Positions 55,601 through 64,000 of a stretch of 64,000 nt of DNA are shown here, piece by piece. Position 1 is the stretch's first letter; every line of letters starts with the position of its first letter. Both the position numbers and the translations under genes were made by a program. The notes below the pieces were generated by a model, which did no database searches, had not been told where the DNA came from, and saw nothing but the letters and a program-made list of their open reading frames with translations. Source of the DNA: the human T2T-CHM13v2.0 reference genome, Homo sapiens; NCBI RefSeq assembly GCF_009914755.1, contig NC_060940.1; one strand, 5' to 3'.

Positions 55601-58600
55601 CACTCAAAGGTGATTTCATTCAAGTCCATTCGATAATTGCATTCGATTCCATTCTATGATGATTCCATTCGAGTCCATTTGATGATTCCATTCAATTCAA
55701 GTCAATGATGATTCCATTCGATTCCATTCGATGATTCCATTGGATTCCATTCGATGATGATTCCATTCAAATCCATTCGATAATTCAATTCACGTCCATT
55801 CGATGATGATTCCAATCGAATCCATTCAAAGATTCCATTCAATTCCATTCGATGATTCCCTTAGATTCCATTCGATGATTCCACTTGATTCCATTTACGA
55901 TGATTCCATTCGATTCCATGTGATGATTCCATTCAATTCTATTCAATGATGTTTCCATTTGATTCCATTCGACCATGATTGCCTTTGATTCCATTCAATG
56001 ATTCCATTCGGTTCCGTTTGATGATGATTCCGTTCGATTCCATTTGATGATTCCATTTGATTCCATTGGATGAGTCCATTCGATTACATTCAATGATTAT
56101 TCCATTCGAGTGCATTAGATGATTCCATTCGAGTCCATTCGATGATTCCATTCGAGTCCATTCGATGATTCCATTCGATTCCATTCGATGTTGATTCTGT
56201 TCAAATCCATTCGATGATTCCACTCGATTCCATTCGATGACTCCATTTGATCCCATTCGATGATTTCCTTTGATTCCCTTTGATGATCATTCCATTTGAT
56301 TCAATTCGGTGATTTCATTGGATTCCATTCAGTGATGTTTCCATTCGACTCCATTCGATGATGATTCCATTCGACTACATTCGATTATGATTTCATTCAA
56401 TTCCATTCGATAAAGATTCCCTTCGAGTCCAATCGATGATTCCATTCGATTCCATTCAACGATGATTTGATTCGTGTCCATTCGATGATTCCATTTGATT
56501 CCACTTGATGAGGATTCCATTCGAGTCCATTTGATGATTCCATTCAATTCCATTCTCCGATGATTTCTTTTGAGCCCATTCAATGCTTCCACTCGATTAC
56601 ATATGATGATGACTCCATTCGATGAAACTCGATGATGATTCCATTCGCTTGGATTCGATGATGATTCCACTTGAGTCCGTTAGAAGATTCTATTCAATTA
56701 CATTCCATGACGATTCCGTTCGAGTCCATTTGATGATTCCATTACACTCCATTCGACAATGATTCCATTCAATGTTATCCGATGATTCCATTCGATCTCA
56801 TTCGATGATGATTCCATTCAACTCCATTCGATGTTTCCATTCGAGTTCATTCTATTATTCCATTAGATTCCATTCGATGATGATTCCATTCGATTCCATT
56901 TGATGATTGCATTCTATTTCATTTGATGATGATTCCATTCGAGTCCATTCGATGATTCCATTCGAGTCCATTTAATGAATCCATTGGTTTCAATTCTATG
57001 ATGATTATATTGGATTCCATTCGTTGATGATTTCATTCGATTCCATTCAATGATGATTCCATTCAATTCCATTCAATGATTCCATTCAATTCCATACGAT
57101 GATGATTCCATTTGATTTGATTCGACAGTGAGCCATTCGATTCAATTCCATGATGATTCTATTTGATTCACTTGGTTGACATTTCCATTCGATTCCATTC
57201 GATGATGATTCCATTTGATTCCATTCAAAGATGATTCCATTCTAGCCCATTCAATCATTCCATTCGATTCTATTCAATGATGATTCCATTCATGTCGATT
57301 TGGTGATTCCATTTGACTTCATTTGATGATGATTCCTTTCAAGTTCATTAGATGATTCCATTCGATTCCATTTGATGATGATCCCATTCGAGTCCATTCA
57401 GTGATTCCACTCGTTTCCATTCCATGATGATTCCATTCCATTCCATTCAATGATTCCATTCGATTCCGTTTGATGATGATTTCATTCGAGTCCATTTGAT
57501 GATTCCATTTGATTCCATTCGATGATGATTCCATTCGAGTCCATTCGATGATTCTATTCGAATCCATTTGATGATTTCTTTTGATTATATTTGGTGATGA
57601 TTCCATTGGAGTCCATTCAATGATTCCATTCGATTCCAATCGATGGTGGTTCCATTAGAGTCCATTTAATGATTCCATTTGATTCCAGTCTCTGATGTTT
57701 ACATTCGAGTCCATACGATGATTCCACTCAATTCCATATGATGATGATTCCATTCGATTCCATTCGATGATTCCATTCTATTCTATTCAATGGTGATTCC
57801 ATTCGAGTACATTAGATGATTCCATTCGATTCCATTCAATGATGATTCTATTTGTGTCCCTTAGATGATTCCACATGATTCCATTAGATGATGATACTAT
57901 TTGAGCCCATCCAATGATTCCCTTCGATTCCATTCGATGAGGATTCCATTCGATTCAATTCATTGGTGATTCTATTCAATTCAATTCTTTGATTCAATTC
58001 CATTCCATTCGACAATGATTCCATTCGATTTCTTTCGATGATTCCACTCAATTTCACTTGACATTGATTCCATTCGATTACATTCAATGATTCCATTTGA
58101 TTCCAGTGGATGATGATTGCCGTCGATTCCATTCGATCACTCCATTCTGTTCCATTTGATGATGATTACATTCGATTCCATTTGATGATTCCATCTGACT
58201 CTATTCGAGGATTCCATTTGATTCCATTCGATGATGATTCCATTCGAGTCCATTCGATGATTTCATTCGAGTACATCCAATGATTCCATTCGAGTCCATT
58301 TGATGATTCCATTTCATTCCATTTGATTATGATTCTACTAGAGTCCATTCAATGACTCCATTCGAGTCCATTCAACAGTTCCATCCGAGTCCATTCGATG
58401 ATTCCATTCGATTCCATTTGATGATTCCATTTGAGTCCATTTAATCATTACAGTCGAGTCCGTTTGGTGATTCCACTGGATTTCTTTTGATAATGATACC
58501 ATTCAATTACATTTGATGATGATCCCATTCAATTTCATTTGATGATGATTCCATTAGAGTCCATTCCATGATTTCATTCGAGTCCCTTCATTGATTCCAT

Positions 58601-61600
58601 CCGATTTCATTTCATGATGACTCCATTCGAGTCCATTCGATGATTCCACTCGATTCCATTAGATGATTCCATTGGAGTCCATTTGATTGTTCCATTCGAT
58701 TCCATTCGATTCCTTTCGAAGATTATTCCATTTGAGTCCATTCGATGATGATTCCATTCCATTCCATTCGATGATTCCGTTTGATTCCATTCGATGATTC
58801 CCTGTGATTCCTTTCTATGATGATTCCATTCCATTCCATTCAATGATTCCATTCGAATCTATTCCATGATGATTCCTTTCGATTCCATTCGCTGATGTTT
58901 CCGTTCAATTCCATTCGATGATGATTCCATTCGATTCCATTCATTGAGGATTCCATTGGATTCCATTCAATGATGATTCCATTCTATTCCATTCAATGAT
59001 TGCATTCAATTCCATTCAATGATTATGCCATTAGAGTAAATTCAACGATTCCATTCAATACCATTCGATGATGATTCCTTTTGAGTCCATTCAATGATTT
59101 CATTCAAGTCCATTTGATGATTCCTTTCAATTCCATTCCATGATGATTCCATTCGAGTCCATTCGATGATTCCATTCGATTGCATTCGATGATTCCATTA
59201 TATTCCATTCAACGATGATTCCATTCGAGTCCATTCGATGATTCCATTAGAGTACATTTAATGATTGCTTTGTTTTCAATTCGAAGATGATTACATTGGA
59301 TTCCATTCTATGATTCCATTCGATTCCATTCATTGATGATTCCACCCAATTCCATTTGATGATGATTCCATTCGATTTCAATGATTCTACTCGATTCCAT
59401 TCAATGATGATTCAATTCTATTCCGTTTGATGATTCCATTAGATTCCATTCTATGATGATTCCATTCGAGTCCATTCGAAGATTTCATTCGATTACATTC
59501 CATGACGATTCCATTCGAGTCCATTCGATGATTCCATTTGAATCCATTCGACGATGATTCCATTTGATGCTATTCGATGATTCCATTGGATTCCATTCGA
59601 TGATGATTCCATTCGACTTGATTTGATGTTTCTATTTGAGTCCATTCGGTTATTTTATTAGACTACATTCGATGATGATTCCATTCGATGCCATTCAATG
59701 ATTCCATTTGATTCCACTCAATGATGATTGCATTCGTGTCCATTCGATGATTCCATTTGGTTCCATTTGATGATGATTCCATTCGAGTCCATTCGATGAT
59801 ACCATTCAATTCCATTCGATGATCATTCCATTCGAATCCATTTGATGATTCCACTCAATTCCATTTGATGACTCCTTTCATTCCCATTCGATGATTCCCT
59901 TCAGTTCCAATTGGATGATCTTTCCATTTGATTCAATATGGTGACTCCATTCTATTATATTCAATGATGATTCCATTCGACTCCATTAGATGATGACTCC
60001 ATTCCATTCCATTCGATTGTGATTTCATTCGATTCCATTCGAAGATGATTCCATTCGAGTCCATTTGATGATTCCATTCGATTCCATTCAATGATGATTC
60101 CACTCAAATCCATTGGATGATTCCATTCGTTTCCAATTGGTGATTTCATTAGATTCCATTCGAGGATGATTCTATTCGAGTCCATTCAATGATTCCATTG
60201 GATTCCGTTTGATAATGATTCCATTAGAGTTCATTCGATGATTCCCTTCGAGTCCATTCGATTATTTCTTTTGATTCCATTTGATGATGATTCCATTCGA
60301 TTCCATTCAATGATTCCATTCCATTCCATTCGATGATGATTCCATTCGATAATGATTACATTCGAGCCCATGTGATGATTCCATTAGATTCTATTCAATG
60401 ATGATTCCATTCGACCACATTCGATGATGGCATTCGAGTCCATTCGATGATTTCACTCGATTCCACTTGATGATGATTCCTTTTGAGTCCATTTGATGAT
60501 TACATTCGAGTCCATGAGATGACTCCATTCGATTCCATTTCATGATGATGCAATTCGAGGCTATTCGATCATCCCATTTTAGTGCATTCGGTGATTCTCT
60601 TTTATTACATTCGATGAGGGCTCCATTCGAGTCCATTCAATGATTCCATTAGATTCCACTCGATGATGATTCCATTTGAGTCCATTCAAAGATTCCTTTC
60701 GAGTCCATTCGATAATTCTATTGGATTCCACTAGGTGATGATTCCTTTCGAGTCAATTCGATGATTCCTTTCAAGTGCCTTCAATGATTCCATTCGATTC
60801 CATTCGATGACGATTCATTTCAAGTCCATTCAATGGTTCCATTCTGTTGAATTTGATGGTTCCATTTGATTCCATTCGATGATGATTCCATTCGTGTCCA
60901 TTGGATGATTCCATTCGATTCCTTTCGAGGAAGATTCCATTCGACTCCATTCGATGATTCCGTTCGATTCCATTCCATGATGATTCCATTTGATTCCATT
61001 CCATGATTCCATTCGATACCATTCGATGATGATTCCATTCGACTCCATTTGATGAATCCATTCAATGCTTCCATTCGAGTCCATTCGATGATTCCATTCG
61101 ATTCCATTCCATGAAGATTCCATTCGAGTACATTTGATGATTCCATTTAATTCCATAGGATGATGATTCTATTAGGGTCCGTTGACTATTCCATTCAATT
61201 CCATTCGAAGATTCCATTCGAGTCCACTCGATGATTCTATTTGATTCCATTTGATAATTCCATTCGATTCCATTTGATGTTGATTCCATTCGAGTCCATT
61301 CGATCATTATTACATTTGATTCTATTCGATGATTCCATTCGATTCCATTTGATGAGGATTCCATTCGAGACCATTTGATGATTCCATTCAATTCCATTGG
61401 ATGATTCCAATATTTTCCATTAGATGATGATTCCATTCGATTCCATTCAATGATGATTCCATCAGAATCCATTCGATGATGACTCCTTTTGCTTCCATTC
61501 AATGATCATTACATTCGGTTCCATTCGATGATGATTCCTTTGGATTCCATTCGATGATGCTTCCATTCGATTCCATTTGATGATGATTCTTTTCGATTCC

Positions 61601-64000
61601 ATTTGATGATGATTCCATTTGATTCCATTCGATGGTGATTCCATTTGATGATTCCATTCGATTGTATTCGATGATGATTCCACTCGATTCTATTTGATGA
61701 TGACTGCATTCGATTCCATTTGATGATTCCATTTGATTCCATTCGATGATGATTCTGATCAATTGCATTCGATGATCCATTCGATTCCATTTGATGGTTC
61801 CATTTGATTCCATTTGATAATGATTCCTTTCGAGTCCATTCGATGATTCCATTTGCGGATATTCGATAATTCCATTTGAGTCCAACCGATGATTCCATTC
61901 GAGGCCATTCAATCATTCTTTTTGAGTCCTTTCGATAAAGATTCCATTTTAGTCCATTCAATAATTCCACTGGAGTCCATTCGATGATTGCTTTTAATTC
62001 CATTCGATGATATTCCATTCGAGTCCATTCGATGATTCCATTCGTTGCTATTAGATGATGATTCCATTCATGACCATTTGGTGATTCCATTCGATTTCAT
62101 TCGTTGATGATTCCATTCGAGTCCATTCCATGATTCCATTCAAGTCCATTTGATGATTTCTTTGAATTCAATTCGATGATGATTCCATTCGAGTCCATTC
62201 GATGATTCCATTCAGTTCCATTCGATGATGATTCCTTTCGAGACCATATGATGATTCCATTTGATTTCATTCGATGATGATTCCATTCGATTCCATTCGA
62301 TGATTCCATTCTATTCCATTCGATGACGATTCCATTCGAGTCCATTTAATGATTCCATTGGGTTCAATTCAATGATGATTACATTGGATTCTCTTCTATG
62401 ATACCATACAATTCCGTTCATTGACAATTTGATTCCATTCGATGATGATTCCATTTGAGTTCATTCGATGATTCTATTCGATTCTCTTCGATGGTGATTC
62501 AATTCTATTATATTGGATGATTCCATTCGATTCCATTTGATGTTGATTCAATTCGATTCTATTCGATGATGATTCCATTGGATTTCATTTGATGATTCTA
62601 TTCGATTCCATTCAATGATGATTCACTTCTCGTCCATTGGATGATTCCATTTCATTCCATTCGATGATGATTCCATTCGATTCCATTCGATGATTCCATT
62701 TGATTCCATTCGACGTTGAGCAATTCGATTCAATTCCATGATGATTCTATTTGATTCAGTTAGATGATGTTTCCATTCGAATCCATTCCATGATTATTCC
62801 ATTGGAATCCATTCGGCGATGATTCCATATGAGTCAATTCAATGATGCTTCCATATGGGTCAGTTCGATGATAATTCCATTTGATTTCATTCGATGCTTC
62901 TATTCAATTCCAGTCGATGATGATTCCGTTGGAGTCCATACGATGACTCCATTTGATTTCATTTGATGATGATTCCATTCGATTCCATTCGATAACTCCA
63001 TTCTGTTCCATTCGATGATGATTCCATTCGAGTCCATTCGATGATTCCATTCGAGTCCATTTCATGATTCCATTGGGTTCAATTCGATGATGATTACACT
63101 GGATTCCATTCTATGATTCCATTCAATTCCATTCGTTGATGATTCGATTCCATTCAATGATGATTCCATTTGAGTTCATTCGATGATTCTATTCGATTCC
63201 GTTCGATGGTGATTCAATTCTATTATATTGGATGATTCCATTCGATTCCATTTGATGATGATTCCATTCGATTCCATTCGATGATGATTCCATTTGATTC
63301 CATTTGATGTTGATTCTATTCGATTCTATTCAATGATGATTCCATTCGATTTCATTTGATGATTCTATTCTATTCCTTTCGATGATTCTATTCCATTCCA
63401 TTCGATGATGATTCAATTCTCTTCCATTGGATGATTCCATTTTATTCCATTCGACGATGACTCCATTTGATTCCATTCAATGATGATTCCATTCGATTCC
63501 ATTCGGTGATTCCATTTGATTCCATTCGACGGTGAGCAATTTGATTCAATTCCATAATGATTCTATTTGATTCAATTAGATGATGTTTCCATTCGAATCC
63601 ATTCGGTGATGATTCCATTGGTATCCATTCGACGATGATTCCATATGAGTCAATTCGATGATGATTCCATACGAGTCCGTTGGATGATAATTCCATTTGA
63701 TTTCATTCAATCCTTCTATTCGATTCCATTTGATGATGATTCCATCTGAATCCATTCTCCGATTCCATTCGATTTCATTCGATGCTTCTATTTGATTTCA
63801 TTCGAAGATGATTCCTTTCAATTCCGTTCATTAATTCCATTTGATTCCATTCGATGATGATTCCATCCGATTCCATTGGATGATGATTCCATTCGAGTCC
63901 ATTCGATGATTCCGTTCTAATCCATTCTATGATTCCATTCGAGTCCATTCGATGATTCCATTCGATTCCATTCAGTGATGATTCCATTTGATTCCATCTG
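52145..64000 (+). repeat. 12,669-bp HOR copy C (runs off window end)
   Basis: Offsets 39565->52234, 48840->61509 and 51106->63775 all equal 12,669. Confidence 0.92.

Larger units (their letters stand above)
1..64000 (+). repeat. Satellite II (HSat2/HSATII) array, CATTC-rich strand on +
   Basis: Continuous degenerate ATTCC/ATTCG pentamers punctuated by (GAT)2-3 and GAGTCC, forming 23-bp (CATTCGATTCCATTCGATGATTC) and 26-bp (…GATGATGATTC) units. This HSat2 signature differs from the purer (CATTC)n of HSat3. No strand switch and no non-satellite sequence seen. Confidence 0.97.

Noticed and set aside
305-63987. About 170 short ORFs, nearly all on the minus strand (MESNGIIEWN-like)
   Set aside because: These are translations of the GGAAT/ATC satellite strand, which is ATG-rich and stop-poor, while the + strand is full of TGA. 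They overlap in multiple frames, are low complexity, show no recognisable domain and recur with HOR periodicity.
1-64000. CRISPR-like repeat/spacer or prokaryotic repeat-protein interpretation
   Set aside because: There are no constant repeats separated by unique spacers and no cas or other genes. All sequence derives from the same monomer.
1-64000. HSat3, alpha satellite, telomeric repeat or HSF1 stress-body satellite
   Set aside because: Runs of pure CATTC rarely exceed three. No 171-bp monomers, CENP-B boxes or TTAGGG were seen. GATGAT/GAGTCC punctuation indicates HSat2.
26807-64000. 12,669-bp unit as a simple dimer of the 6.1-kb unit
   Set aside because: Short-unit landmarks appear only once per long unit, and the additional ~6.5 kb is different satellite sequence.

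Overview
The whole 64 kb window is one uninterrupted, single-orientation array of primate pericentromeric satellite II (HSat2/HSATII). It consists of CATTC-derived 23/26-bp units such as CATTCGATTCCATTCGATGATGATTC, with many CpGs in TCGA context and their TTGA/TCAA deamination products. I found no credible gene, RNA gene, transposon, CRISPR array or inversion. All listed ORFs are MESNGIIEWN-type readthroughs of the satellite. The interest lies in the higher-order architecture. (i) 1-24.5 kb holds about 4 copies of a ~6.1-kb higher-order repeat (HOR); the first copy is shortened by deletions. (ii) 24.5-26.8 kb is a patchwork transition zone. (iii) 26.8-64 kb holds about 2.9 copies of an exact-length 12,669-bp HOR. 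The 6.1-kb unit is a collinear subset of the 12.67-kb unit, differing by four blocks of ~758, ~2013, ~105 and ~3676 bp. The long unit contains a young 840-bp tandem duplication on top of an older ~0.7-0.8-kb one. Shared variants place the latest 12,669-bp duplication at a phase (breakpoint 31,457-31,856) different from the array edge. DUX4-consensus sites occur once per short unit and twice per long unit. A ~6-kb period is consistent with HSat2B-type (chr16-like) arrays, but the assignment is inferred and was not tested. All alignments were done by eye using landmark k-mers and the ORF track.
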